From: an uncultured Clostridia bacterium | GTDB lineage: Bacteria; Bacillota; Clostridia; TANB77; CAG-508 | Direction: 5' to 3' | DNA length: 64,000 nt | NCBI GenBank assembly: GCA_934120135.1 | Contig: CAKOTK010000003.1 | Location: 8,746-72,745 of the forward strand | Shown: positions 29,802 through 41,638 of the stretch, piece after piece | Numbering within the stretch: the stretch's first letter is position 1 | How the letters are laid out: every line of letters starts with the position of its first letter | Position numbers and translations under genes: made by a program | The notes under the pieces: generated by a model | What the model was told of the DNA's origin: nothing | The model's input: the letters and a program-made list of their open reading frames with translations, nothing else | Database searches by the model: none

Positions 29802-31346
29802 ATGGATAATATCCTAATTGGAATCGCCGTTTTTCTAGTCTCAGCAGTAATTTTCACATTTGTAGGTATGTACATAAGAAAGAAAATTGCTGAATCTAAA
29901 ATGGAAAGTGCAGAAGCTCAAGCAAAAAAAATAATCGAAATGGCAAACGTAGACGCTGAAAATAAGAAAAAAGAGGAAATCTTTAAGGCTAAAGAAGAAA
30001 TTATGAATGCTAGAAAAGATTTAGACCAAGAGATTAGGGAAAGAAGAGGCGAAGTTCAAAATCAAGAAAGAAGATTAATTCAAAAAGAAGAAAACTTAGA
30101 AAGAAAACAAGACATTGTTGAGAAGAAGGAAAAGGATTTAGACAAAAAATACCAAGAATTAGACAACAAAAAAGCTGAAGTTCAAGATTTGTTTAATAAG
30201 CAAATGAGTGAATTACAAAGAATTGCAGGTATGTCTAAAGAAGAAGCAAAAAAAGTTTTATTAGCTGAATTTGACAAACAATTAACAGTTGAAAAAGCTA
30301 ACTTATTAAGAGATATGGAAGCTAAAGTTAAAGAATCAGCTGATAAAAATGCAAAAGAAGTAATCGGATATGCTATTCAAAAATGTGCAGCTGACCATAC
30401 TTCTGAAACAACAGTATCTATAGTAACTCTTCCAAATGATGATATGAAAGGTAGAATTATTGGTAGAGAAGGTAGAAATATAAAAACTCTAGAAACATTA
30501 ACAGGAATTGATTTAATTATTGATGATACTCCTGAGGCAGTTGTTATTTCAGGCTTTGACCCATTAAGAAGAGAGGTAGCAAGAATTGCTATTGAAAAAC
30601 TAATTGAAGATGGAAGAATCCATCCTGCTAAAATTGAGGAAATGGTTGAAAAAGCTAAAGAAGAAGTAGCAAATGTTATAAAAGAAGAAGGAGAACGTGC
30701 AGTAATGGAAACTGGTGTAATTGGATTACACCCAGATTTAGTTAAACTAATTGGAAAGCTAAAATATAGAACAAGTTATGGACAAAATGTTTTAAATCAT
30801 TCTATTGAGGTTTCTAACTTAGCTAGAATAATGGCTGAAGAATTAGGGTTAGACGCTAAACTTGCTAGAAAAGCCGGATTATTACACGATATTGGTAAAG
30901 CATTAGATCACGATATGGAAGGAACACACGTAGAATTAGGTGTTGAAGTATTGAAAAAATACAAAGAAAACGAAAACGTTATCAATGCGGTTCAAGCACA
31001 TCATGGTGATGTAGAGCCAAAAACTATTGAGGCAGTTTTAGTACAAGCTGCTGATGCAATTTCTGCATCAAGACCGGGCGCAAGAAGAGAAACTCTAGAA
31101 GCATATATCAAGAGATTAGAGCAACTAGAAGGAATTGCAGATTCTTTTGAAGGTGTTGAAAAATCTTTTGCAATTCAAGCTGGTAGAGAAATTAGAATTA
31201 TCGTAAAACCTGATAAAATTGACGACAACCAAATGAAATTGATGGCAAGAGATATAGCAAAAAGAGTAGAAGACGAGATGGAATATCCCGGCCAAATAAA
31301 AGTTAATGTTGTAAGAGAAACAAGAGTAATTGATTACGCAAAATAA
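29802..31346 (+). CDS. rny: ribonuclease Y
   Basis: N-terminal TM helix, coiled coil, KH domain '[15 protein letters not shown]' and HD domain '[10 protein letters not shown]'. Confidence 0.95.
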   Translation: MDNILIGIAVFLVSAVIFTFVGMYIRKKIAESKMESAEAQAKKIIEMANVDAENKKKEEIFKAKEEIMNARKDLDQEIRERRGEVQNQERRLIQKEENLERKQDIVEKKEKDLDKKYQELDNKKAEVQDLFNKQMSELQRIAGMSKEEAKKVLLAEFDKQLTVEKANLLRDMEAKVKESADKNAKEVIGYAIQKCAADHTSETTVSIVTLPNDDMKGRIIGREGRNIKTLETLTGIDLIIDDTPEAVVISGFDPLRREVARIAIEKLIEDGRIHPAKIEEMVEKAKEEVANVIKEEGERAVMETGVIGLHPDLVKLIGKLKYRTSYGQNVLNHSIEVSNLARIMAEELGLDAKLARKAGLLHDIGKALDHDMEGTHVELGVEVLKKYKENENVINAVQAHHGDVEPKTIEAVLVQAADAISASRPGARRETLEAYIKRLEQLEGIADSFEGVEKSFAIQAGREIRIIVKPDKIDDNQMKLMARDIAKRVEDEMEYPGQIKVNVVRETRVIDYAK

Positions 31347-31373
31347 TTTTTTTAAAACGTTCAAGTAAATTGA

Positions 31374-32453
<1,080 letters not shown>

Positions 32454-32516
32454 TATGGAAAGATTGAATTACAGAGTTAATCTGTTCAATATATAATAAT
32501 TTTAGGAGGATTTAAA

Positions 32517-33710
32517 ATGAAAGTTTTAGTAGTAAACTGTGGAAGTTCATCAATTAAATATCAATTGATAAACATGGAAAATGAAAGCGTTATGGCAAAA
32601 GGATATTTGGAGAAAATTGGATTACCAGATTCATTTTTAACACATACTGTAAATGGTGAAAAACGCAAAATTGAAGAGCCTATAAATAATCATGAAGAAG
32701 GAATAAAATTAGTTTTAGCTCAATTAACACACCCAGAATATGGCGTAATTAGTAGCTTAGACGAAATTGGAGCTGTTGGACACAGAGTTGTTCACGGTGG
32801 AGAAAAATTCAGTTCTTCTGTTTTAATAGATGATGCTGTTATGGAAGCAATGAAAGAATGTATTCCACTAGCACCTTTACATAATCCAGCTGGAATTACA
32901 GGAATTGAAGCTTGTAAAAAAGTATTACCAAATGTTCCAATGGTTGGAGTATTTGATACAGCTTTCCATCAAACATTACCAGAAAAAGCATATATTTATG
33001 CTATTCCTTATGAATATTATGAGAAATATGGAATAAGAAAATATGGATTCCATGGAACATCTCATAGATTCGTATCAAAAAGAGTAGCTGAAGTTATGAA
33101 TAAACCAATTGAAGATTTAAAAATTATAACATGCCACTTAGGTCAAGGTGCAAGTTTATGTGCTGTTGACGGTGGAAAATCAGTTGATACTTCAATGGGA
33201 TTAACACCTTTAGCAGGAATTCCAATGGGAACAAGATCAGGAGATATTGATCCATCAATAGTAACATTTTTAATGAACAAAGAAAATTTAACACCAGACC
33301 AAATGGATAATATACTAAACAAAAAATCAGGTAAATTAGGAGTTTCAGGAGTTAGCTTTGATGATAGAGATATTGAAAAAGCTATGGCAGAAGGAAACGA
33401 GAGAGCAAAACTTGCAATAGATACATTTGTATATCAAGTAATTGGATACATTGGTAGATTTACTGCTCAAATGAATGGTGTAGACGCTATTACATTTGCT
33501 GGTGGTGTTGGAGAAAACGGAATTGATGTAAGAAAACAAATATGTGAATCACTTTCTTTCTTAGGTGTAAAAATCGACGAAGAGAAAAACAATTGCAGAG
33601 GAAAAGAAGTTGAAATTTCAACACCAGATTCTAAAGTAAAAGTATTTGTTATTCCAACAGACGAAGAATTAACAATAGCAAGAGATACTATGGAAATAGT
33701 AAATAAATAA
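32517..33710 (+). CDS. ackA: acetate kinase, copy 1
   Basis: '[17 protein letters not shown]', 'HRVVHGG' and 'GFHGTSH'. Confidence 0.95.
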   Translation: MKVLVVNCGSSSIKYQLINMENESVMAKGYLEKIGLPDSFLTHTVNGEKRKIEEPINNHEEGIKLVLAQLTHPEYGVISSLDEIGAVGHRVVHGGEKFSSSVLIDDAVMEAMKECIPLAPLHNPAGITGIEACKKVLPNVPMVGVFDTAFHQTLPEKAYIYAIPYEYYEKYGIRKYGFHGTSHRFVSKRVAEVMNKPIEDLKIITCHLGQGASLCAVDGGKSVDTSMGLTPLAGIPMGTRSGDIDPSIVTFLMNKENLTPDQMDNILNKKSGKLGVSGVSFDDRDIEKAMAEGNERAKLAIDTFVYQVIGYIGRFTAQMNGVDAITFAGGVGENGIDVRKQICESLSFLGVKIDEEKNNCRGKEVEISTPDSKVKVFVIPTDEELTIARDTMEIVNK

Positions 33711-33728
33711 TTAAAAGAGGAATGAAAA

Positions 33729-34922
33729 ATGAAAGTATTAGTATTAAATTGTGGAAGTTCGTCAATTAAATATCAATTAATTGATATGGAAAATGAAAAT
33801 TTGATGGCAAAAGGATATTTAGAGAAAATTGGGTTACCAGATTCTTTCTTAACACATACTGTAAATGGTGAAAAACATAAAATTGAACAAGTTATAGAAA
33901 ACCATGAAGAAGGAATTAAATTAGTATTATCTCAATTAACACATCCAGAATATGGCGTAATCAAAAGCTTTGACGAAATTGGAGCTATTGGCCATAGATT
34001 AGCTCACGGAGGAGATAAAATTAGTGAGCCAACTTTAATAGACGAAAATGTTATAAATGTATTAAAGGAATTTACACCTTTAGCGCCTCTACATAACCCT
34101 GCTGAAATAGTAGGAGTAGAAGCTTGTAAAAAAGTATTACCAGATGTTCCAATGGTTGGAGTATTTGATACAGCTTTTAATCAAACTATTCCTGAAAAAG
34201 CATATATGTATGCAATTCCATATGAATATTATGAAAAATATGGAATCAGAAAATATGGTTTCCACGGAACATCATATAAATTTGTTTCAAAAAGAGTAGC
34301 TGAAATTATGGATAAACCTTTAGAGGATTTAAAAATCGTTTCATGTCACCTTGGTCAAGGAGCAAGTGTATGTGCAATAAATGGAGGAAAGGCAGTTGAT
34401 AACTCATTAGGATTTACTTCATTAGCAGGTCTTCCTATGGGAACAAGATGTGGAGATATTGATCCATCAATAGTAACATTCTTAATGAAAAAAGAAAACT
34501 TAACTACAGAACAAATGGACAAAATATTAAATAAACAATCTGGTAAACTAGGAATTTCAGGAGTTAGCTTTGATGATAGAGATATTGAAGTCGCTGCAGA
34601 AGAAGGAAATGCAAGAGCAAAACTTGCAATAGATGTTTTTGTATATCAAGTAGTTGGATATATTGGTAGATTTGCTGCTCAAATGAATGGTGTAGATGTT
34701 ATTACATTTGCCGGTGGAATTGGAGAAAATGCAATAGATGTAAGAAAACAAATATGTGAATCACTTTCTTTCTTAGGAATAAAAGTTGACGAAGAGAAAA
34801 ACAATTGCAGAGGAAAAGAGGTTGAAATCTCAACATCTGATTCTAAAGTAAAAGTATTTATAGTTCCAACAAATGAGGAACTAATGATAGCAAGAGACAC
34901 TATGGAAGTAGTTAGTAAATAA
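33729..34922 (+). CDS. ackA: acetate kinase, copy 2 (tandem paralogue, same length)
   Basis: 397 aa and colinear with copy 1 with no indels. Roughly four-fifths of residues are identical by eye. Confidence 0.95.
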   Translation: MKVLVLNCGSSSIKYQLIDMENENLMAKGYLEKIGLPDSFLTHTVNGEKHKIEQVIENHEEGIKLVLSQLTHPEYGVIKSFDEIGAIGHRLAHGGDKISEPTLIDENVINVLKEFTPLAPLHNPAEIVGVEACKKVLPDVPMVGVFDTAFNQTIPEKAYMYAIPYEYYEKYGIRKYGFHGTSYKFVSKRVAEIMDKPLEDLKIVSCHLGQGASVCAINGGKAVDNSLGFTSLAGLPMGTRCGDIDPSIVTFLMKKENLTTEQMDKILNKQSGKLGISGVSFDDRDIEVAAEEGNARAKLAIDVFVYQVVGYIGRFAAQMNGVDVITFAGGIGENAIDVRKQICESLSFLGIKVDEEKNNCRGKEVEISTSDSKVKVFIVPTNEELMIARDTMEVVSK

Positions 34923-35012
34923 AATTTTGAAGGGTTTCGAAAAGAAACCCTTTTTTCTACTTGTATAACTTAAAATTTAATGATATTATATATGCGAAAG
35001 GAGATTTAGCAA

Positions 35013-35987
35013 ATGATAGATTTAAAAGAAAATCCAACATTTTTAAATTCATTTTTAGAATATCTAACAGGTATTTTAAATAAATCAGTTAACACAGTAA
35101 AAGAATATAACTATGATTTAGCTCATTTTCTAAAGTTTATATCTCATCATTTTGGCTTATCTTCTGAAGAAAATATAAAAGAGATAGATATTCATGATAT
35201 GAGTATAGAAACAGTCAAACAAATTAAATTAGAAGATATACATGCATTTTTATATTATTTAACAGAAACATATCACAGTAAAGCTGCCACACGTGCAAGA
35301 AAAGCTGCAAGTATCAGAATGTTTTTTAGTTATCTAACTCAAAAGGCCCATTTATTAGAAATAAATCCTGCACAAGGACTCGAAACACCTAAGCTAGACA
35401 AAAGGCTTCCTAAATATCTAACTTTAGAGCAAAGTAAAGAATTACTAGAAGTTACAAAAGCAGAATCTGGTGATTTTAAAGAAAGAGATTATGCAATAAT
35501 TACTTTATTCTTAAATTGCGGAATGCGTTTATCTGAGCTAGTGAATATAAATATAAAGGATATAAATTTTTACGACAATAAATTAAATGTAGTAGGTAAG
35601 GGAAATAAAGAAAGAACTATTTACTTAAACAAAGCTTGTATTGATTCCATAAACTCATACTTAGCTGTAAGACCACATGATGGCGTAAAATTCGATTCTA
35701 GAGACGCTCTATTCTTAAGCAAAAGAAAAGAACGCATCAGTAACAGAATGGTCCAAGAGATAGTAAAAAGAGAGTTAGCAAAGGCTGGACTAGATATAAG
35801 TAAATACTCTGTTCACAAATTAAGACACACTGCCGCAACCTTAATGTATCAGTATGGTGATGTAGATATTAGAGCTTTGCAAGTGTTATTAGGACATGAA
35901 AGTATATCTACTACTGAAATATATACACATGTAGAAAATAAACAAGTAAAAAATGCTGTTGAAAGCAACCCTTTAGCAAATGAATGA
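35013..35987 (+). CDS. tyrosine site-specific recombinase, XerC/XerD family
   Basis: 'NCGMRLSEL...', 'HKLRHTAATLM...' and 'LLGHESISTTEIYTHV' give the R..HxxR..Y catalytic signature. Confidence 0.85.
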   Translation: MIDLKENPTFLNSFLEYLTGILNKSVNTVKEYNYDLAHFLKFISHHFGLSSEENIKEIDIHDMSIETVKQIKLEDIHAFLYYLTETYHSKAATRARKAASIRMFFSYLTQKAHLLEINPAQGLETPKLDKRLPKYLTLEQSKELLEVTKAESGDFKERDYAIITLFLNCGMRLSELVNINIKDINFYDNKLNVVGKGNKERTIYLNKACIDSINSYLAVRPHDGVKFDSRDALFLSKRKERISNRMVQEIVKRELAKAGLDISKYSVHKLRHTAATLMYQYGDVDIRALQVLLGHESISTTEIYTHVENKQVKNAVESNPLANE

Positions 35988-36858
35988 AATGGAGAAATAT
36001 AATATGGAAAAAGAAGTAGAAGTTAAAGAGAAAAAACACATAAAAATAGCAGGAATTACACTCTGGAGAATTGTTGCATACTTTATAATTTATAGTGTAG
36101 TAGGATTTATTATAGAAACAATATTTGGAGTATTAACTAAAGGTGTACTTGAAAGTAGAAAGAGCTTTTTGTACGGCCCTTTTTGCAGTATATATGGACT
36201 TGGTGCAGTTTTAATGATATTGCCTTTACAAAGATTTAAGAAGAATAACTATACTTTATTCGCAGCAGGTTTTGTAATAGGTTCTATTATTGAATATCTT
36301 GTAAGTCTAATAGGAGAGTTAATATTTCACATTAAATGGTGGGATTATTCAGATCAGATACTAAATCTAAATGGAAGAATTTGTGTACTATTTTCACTAT
36401 TTTGGGGATTACTTGCAATATATTTAATGTCAGATATTAATAAAAGAGTAGACAAACTAATAGACTTCTTAAAGAAAAAGATATCAATAGGAATCCTAAA
36501 AACTATAGTTGTTCTTGTCAGTATATTCCTTGCATTTGACCTAGGAATTACAGCATATGCCTTACAAATGTTTACTATAAGAATAGTACATGACAACAAT
36601 TTAAATGTTGCAAATAAACAATATATTGATGAACAATATGAAAAAATATATATTAAAGATACTAAACAAAAAGAATTTATTTTGAAATATTTTAACGATG
36701 AAAAAATGATAAAGACATTTCCAAATATAAAAATAGAAGATGTAGATGGAAATATATTATTTTATAGGAAATATGTTAAGGACATAAAACCATATTATTA
36801 TAATTTTAGGTCAAACTCACATTTAAAGCTAAGATATCTTGAAGAAGTAGATTACTAG
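35980..36858 (+). CDS. polytopic membrane protein (PF06541 'putative ABC-transporter type IV'-like)
   Basis: 'FIIYSVVGFIIETIFG...LYGPFCSIYGLGAV'. The start may be ATG 36004. Confidence 0.55.
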   Translation: MNEMEKYNMEKEVEVKEKKHIKIAGITLWRIVAYFIIYSVVGFIIETIFGVLTKGVLESRKSFLYGPFCSIYGLGAVLMILPLQRFKKNNYTLFAAGFVIGSIIEYLVSLIGELIFHIKWWDYSDQILNLNGRICVLFSLFWGLLAIYLMSDINKRVDKLIDFLKKKISIGILKTIVVLVSIFLAFDLGITAYALQMFTIRIVHDNNLNVANKQYIDEQYEKIYIKDTKQKEFILKYFNDEKMIKTFPNIKIEDVDGNILFYRKYVKDIKPYYYNFRSNSHLKLRYLEEVDY

Positions 36859-36938
36859 AATTGCTTTACTTCCAGGCTTTTTCGTGATATAATGAGCATA
36901 CATTCTAAACGGAATGAATAATTTAAGGAGGTTGCTTT

Positions 36939-37334
36939 ATGAAACGGGCAAATCTTGTAGGAAAGTACAGCACAGAGATGACATTACCCTGCGAGATGGA
37001 GGATGTTGACATCTGCTCAAAGATGGCTTGTATTAAGAAGCCGAGGTCAGATATCTGGTATTCTTCATTAAAAGCTCGAAAGGTAAGAGTAGGTTGGCCA
37101 TCAATTGTTACTTATCGGACCATCGAAAGATGGAAATTGGTACAAAATCAAGAGGAAGAAATGGTGTTATTTTACAGAGAACATCGAATGCCTATGCTCT
37201 TACCTCAAATCTATGTGGTACGGTATGACGAGGAGAAGGGATATTTTCTGAAGAATATATCCACCAAATATCGTAAGTTGGAAAGACTAAAAAAATTCTA
37301 TGAGGCAACTACACGTTTTGACCTTAATTCCTAA
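36939..37334 (+). CDS. orphan protein D (131 aa), GC-enriched
   Basis: Extended -10 'tgatataat' (36885-93), 'ttaaggagg' SD and a terminator at 37346-37380. Confidence 0.55.
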   Translation: MKRANLVGKYSTEMTLPCEMEDVDICSKMACIKKPRSDIWYSSLKARKVRVGWPSIVTYRTIERWKLVQNQEEEMVLFYREHRMPMLLPQIYVVRYDEEKGYFLKNISTKYRKLERLKKFYEATTRFDLNS

Positions 37335-37484
37335 AGCACAAACTCAACAAGGCACCAATTATTTGGTGTCTTGTTTATTTACTTATTTATGACCAAATTC
37401 TACTCGCATTATTTATTGGAATTCGGTAATAAAAACTCTACAATGTAATATATATTTATATAAAATATATTGTGAGGTAGAAGA

Positions 37485-37932
37485 ATGATAAATATTAATG
37501 ATACAACGGTTGCTGTTGAAACATCAGCTGAATTAAAAAATGTATTAGAGGGAAATAACAATATTACTCTCATTTATTTAGCAAATGATATTACTTTATT
37601 ACAAGGAATTACTATTCTTGGAACCAAGCCAGAAGTGACAATAGATGGATTTTATCCATTAGATGGCACAGGCAAAATACATACATATACAGATATGAAT
37701 AGTGCTTCAAGATTCACTAATTTTTATGGATGAAAATAAAAATATGACCACATTAAGTAACAAGCCAACATTGATTTATTCAGGAACAGGAAATGACGGA
37801 AACACTAAAACTACTGATATTGCATGGAATGAAACAACAGGTATTTTATTTACAGTTATCGATCCTTTGTATAATGGTGAGACTTATTCTACTTTAATTA
37901 ACTGGAAACTTACAAATGAATTATTAGATTAA
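37485..37932 (+). pseudogene. short remnant of a beta-helix/tail-fibre-like surface protein, split by a +1 frame change at a T5 run
   Basis: Two overlapping ORFs (37485-37733 and 37702-37932). Removing one T from 'aatttttatgg' joins them. The N-terminus 'TVAVETSAELKNVLEGNNNITLIYLANDITL' looks like the start of much larger proteins. Confidence 0.35.
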
Positions 37933-38096
37933 AAAGAATCAAGAGAAAATCTTGATTCTTTTTGCTGTATATAATATCAACTCTTAAAAGTTGTTTTATA
38001 TACACAGTCTTTATAATGGTACATGTTGTAACAAAAATTTCTTTTAAGACATACAATATATAAAGAATAATAGCATAGGAAGGAGAGATTTAGTAC

Positions 38097-38303
38097 TTGA
38101 AACAAGCATGGAAAGATTTGAAAAGTTTTGTAACTGTAGCATTTACAATTACAATAATAACATTAGTATTTACTACTGTGTTTATATCTGAAGAAATGTT
38201 CAAGCTAGTTTTTGTACTATTTACAAATGTAACAACAGCGGTTTTTACGTATTATTTCACCCAGAAAAAACAAATGAAAAATGATGAAAGTGAGGAAAAA
38301 TAA
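38097..38303 (+). CDS. phage-type holin (two TM helices, charged C-tail)
   Basis: 68 aa, TTG start 9 nt after 'aggagag', located immediately upstream of a peptidoglycan hydrolase. Confidence 0.55.
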   Translation: MKQAWKDLKSFVTVAFTITIITLVFTTVFISEEMFKLVFVLFTNVTTAVFTYYFTQKKQMKNDESEEK

Positions 38304-38398
38304 AATGGAAGATGAAGAACTTGAAGTAATGAAGCCTGTAGAAGAACCTACAGAGGAAATTTTTGAAGAAATAAAAGACGAAATAGAGGTGCCAGAAG

Positions 38399-39067
38399 AT
38401 GAGTAGAGTCTTTAAAAATAAAGGCAATGTAATCACACAAGCATTTAAAAAAGGAGTTCACAATGGCATTGACTTGGTTGGCACCGGCTATACCCTAGAC
38501 TATATTACAGCACACTCAGAAGGAACTGTAGTGTCTGTTAGAAATAATTATAAAACAAATGACAAAACTGGTTCCTCTTATGGGAATTACGTTAAAATAA
38601 AACACAATGGATATTATACTTTATATGCGCATATGAAATATAATAGTGTAACAGTTAAATTAGGACAAAAAGTATCAAAAGGACAAATTATTGGTCATAT
38701 GGGAAACACTGGTCATAGCTTTGGAGCACATTTGCACTTTGAAGTAAGAGACAAAAATGACAATTTTATAAACCCAACAAAATATATAAATGCAAATTTA
38801 CCTTCAAATGATAGCAAGAAATATAGTAAAGGCAGATATAAAATTGACTGTGATGTTTTAACAGTAAGAACTGGACCAGGAACAAATTATGACTGGAAAA
38901 AATTTAATCAGCTAACATCAAACGCACAAGCACAAATAAAAGAATTAGTAGGATATAAAGCAAATGGATTAGTAAGAAATTGTATCTGTGATGTATCAGA
39001 AGTAAAAGGTGAATGGGGAAAGATTCCATCTGGCTGGATTAGTTTAAAATATTGTAAGAAAATATAA
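38399..39067 (+). CDS. M23 family peptidoglycan endopeptidase with C-terminal SH3 domain (endolysin-like)
   Basis: 'HNGIDL', 'GHMGNTGHSFGAHLHFEV' (M23 metal site) and an SH3-like tail 'VRTGPGTNYD...GWISLKY'. Confidence 0.8.
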   Translation: MSRVFKNKGNVITQAFKKGVHNGIDLVGTGYTLDYITAHSEGTVVSVRNNYKTNDKTGSSYGNYVKIKHNGYYTLYAHMKYNSVTVKLGQKVSKGQIIGHMGNTGHSFGAHLHFEVRDKNDNFINPTKYINANLPSNDSKKYSKGRYKIDCDVLTVRTGPGTNYDWKKFNQLTSNAQAQIKELVGYKANGLVRNCICDVSEVKGEWGKIPSGWISLKYCKKI

Positions 39068-39125
39068 AATATAAGGGCTAGGCTTACCTAGTCCTTTGGT
39101 TATTTTAGGTTTTTATAAAAAATAA

Positions 39126-39154
39126 TTGACAAAGTAAACATAACGTACTATAAT
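39126..39154 (+). promoter_or_regulatory. consensus sigma-A promoter for orphan E
   Basis: Perfect 'ttgaca'-17 nt-'tataat'. Confidence 0.6.
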
Positions 39155-39208
39155 ATAAATGTCCGATTCGTTAGTAACTTTGAAAGCAACTGCTTAAGGA
39201 GGAAAAAA

Positions 39209-39451
39209 ATGAGATTCTTTGATCCGTCGACAGTGTCCGATGACCAGCTTGACAAAGATGTAGCAGAAGGTAGAATGGACTCTTACAAGAGGACAAGCAA
39301 TGGTGGTATCCAGAAGTATTATGAACGGAATAGTGGTACATTGATTAAAGATGTAGAACCTGCAGGCAATGCTAAGGGACATAATACTACCGAGTTCACC
39401 ATCAGTGGAGGATTCATTACCAGTATCAATCCGCATTCTACCAACGAATGA
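39209..39451 (+). CDS. orphan protein E (80 aa), GC-enriched
   Basis: 'ttaaggagga' SD. Followed by a perfect 18-bp hairpin at 39463-39504. 27 of the first 60 nt are G/C by hand count. Confidence 0.55.
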   Translation: MRFFDPSTVSDDQLDKDVAEGRMDSYKRTSNGGIQKYYERNSGTLIKDVEPAGNAKGHNTTEFTISGGFITSINPHSTNE

Positions 39452-39585
39452 CAACTGAATAACCAGAAAAGGAACTTATCAAAAATGATAAGTTCCTTTT
39501 CTGGTACATTTTGACTTGAGTTTAAGTTTATGATATAATTTGTGCGTAAATACACAATAATATGACTTTTAAGGTGATTTTAATT

Positions 39586-41161
39586 ATGGATATTAAATAC
39601 AAAGATATTGATGATTTTTTCTATAAAATGTTGGGAAGACCAGAAATTATTTATACAGAGTCAGATTCAACTTTGCAAGATACAAGAGGCAAAGGAATAC
39701 TATATTATCCAGAAAGCTTTTGGCACTTGATAAATAGCAAACCAGTAAAGAGAATGGCTAGAATATTTCAACTTGGAACAAAAATATATTCCATAGACAA
39801 TCTTAATCATACAAGATTAGAACACAGCAAAGGCTGTTATTATCGAACACTTGAATTACTTCAAAGATTGTATTCAGATGAAAAAGTAGGCAAATTAGTA
39901 GATGATAATGGATATCAAAAATATATGTTAGCTGAATTAGTAAGAGCACTTCTACATGACATTGGTCATGGTCCCTTCTCACATACAATGGAAACAGTGT
40001 GCAATTTACCAAAGGGATTTCATGAGGAAATTCGGTTTGAGAATGATAAAAGAAGATGATGAATTAAGACAAGCATTAAATAACATATATCCTGAAATGA
40101 TAGATGCATATATGGAAACTATAAATAGAAACTTTTTAGGATTAAATAGATTATTTGAAGGACAAGTAGATCTTGACAGAGCAGATTTTATAGTTAGAGA
40201 TAGTTTCTTTGCTGGTGAGAATTTTTCTGAAAATTCAAGAATAGTATCAGAACTATTTGATAATGTATCACTGGAAAAACTAACTGATGAGTCCGGCAAA
40301 TCAAGAATTGTTCCTGTATTTGCAAATAACCAACTTAGAAACTTAGAAAGATTTTTTACTAATAGATTTAATGCATATAAAAATTTATATTATTGTACGG
40401 ATGGATTTACTAGAGACTATGTGATGAAAGCTTTTTCTAAAAGACTTATTAATTCAGCCGAGGAATATACATTAAAAGATTTTTTGACTCATAATATAGA
40501 TAAGAAAGTTGATGAAGTTGATTTACAAGAATATGTAGGCTTCAATGATATTGAATTTTTGAAAGGTATTATGGAAGTTGCAGATAAAACTCAAGATAGC
40601 GTTTTAAGAAAATTAGCTCTTATGTCATTACCTTCAAGAGATAAATTTACATATTTCTATTATGGAGCAATGGTATCAATAGAGCAAGTGGATGAAAAAG
40701 GAAATAGAAAACGTAATTCAAAATCGGATGAAGATTTTATAGCTAGATTTATGCAACAGTCAGATGAGGTTAAAAAGATATATGAAGATAATTGTATACC
40801 TCTTAGAAGTTCAAAAAAGCAAGATGTAGAAACTGTCGTTGAACAAATAAAAGGCATTTTAAAACTTAAAGACGATGATTTAGAAAAACAAGGAATTATC
40901 TCTTGGAAAAACCATATCGCATCATATAAAAATAAAAGTGGAGAAGAAACATATGTAAGAGCAAAGGATGGCAATATATATGAGTATAGTCAACTCCCAG
41001 ATCGTAAAGAACCTATATTAGAAACAGACGTGCATGGTTTTTGTTTATTAATACCATTATTAGAAGAAAAAGGATATTCTAATGAAGAAATTATGAAAGT
41101 AAAAAGTTATATAGAGGAATATAATCGCAGGTTGGAAAACAATGTAGAGCATGAAATATAA
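39586..41161 (+). pseudogene. HD-domain dNTP-triphosphohydrolase-like (COG1078/SAMHD1-like) gene with a +1 frame change
   Basis: 'RLEHSKG...LLHDIGHGPFSH' then '...VDLDRADFIVRDSFFAG'. The frames join across 'gaa att c ggt ttg' (extra C at 40033) to give HEEI|GLRMIKEDDEL. Confidence 0.7.
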
Positions 41162-41347
41162 GGTAAATAGTATTTTAAATTTTGAAAATTTCAAATATTA
41201 CTACAGGCGGAAGGAAATTTGCTATTTATACAAAATCATGATATAATTAATTATATATATTCCTAATAAGGAAATATTAGCAAACCTCGTGTTTGCTTCA
41301 TAGTAACTACATTCGTGTAAAAAAATTATTTGGAGGTAAAATAAAGT

Positions 41348-41638
41348 ATGAACATGAATTTACTAGCGGAAGTCACTCAAACTTTGCGGAGAACCAAGTC
41401 AGAAGGTACTAATCTTAAACAAAAAGAAATTTATCTGCAGATGACAAATCAGCTAAATCATATGATTCAGTCCATGCAGGAAGAACAATCTCGTTTCAGA
41501 AGACTGGCTAACATGGCATTCGAAGCAGGCAATCTTAGATTAGCTGAACAGTTCCAGCAGATGGCAACTAAGATGAATCCGGAACTCGATGCAATGGATG
41601 ACCTGAGAAGAACAACTCGCAGTATTGCGAATCAGTAA
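41348..41638 (+). CDS. orphan protein F (96 aa), helical/coiled-coil, GC-enriched
   Basis: Promoter 'ttgcta'-17-'tataat' (41219-47) with a TG extension. Terminator at 41661-41695. Confidence 0.55.
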   Translation: MNMNLLAEVTQTLRRTKSEGTNLKQKEIYLQMTNQLNHMIQSMQEEQSRFRRLANMAFEAGNLRLAEQFQQMATKMNPELDAMDDLRRTTRSIANQ

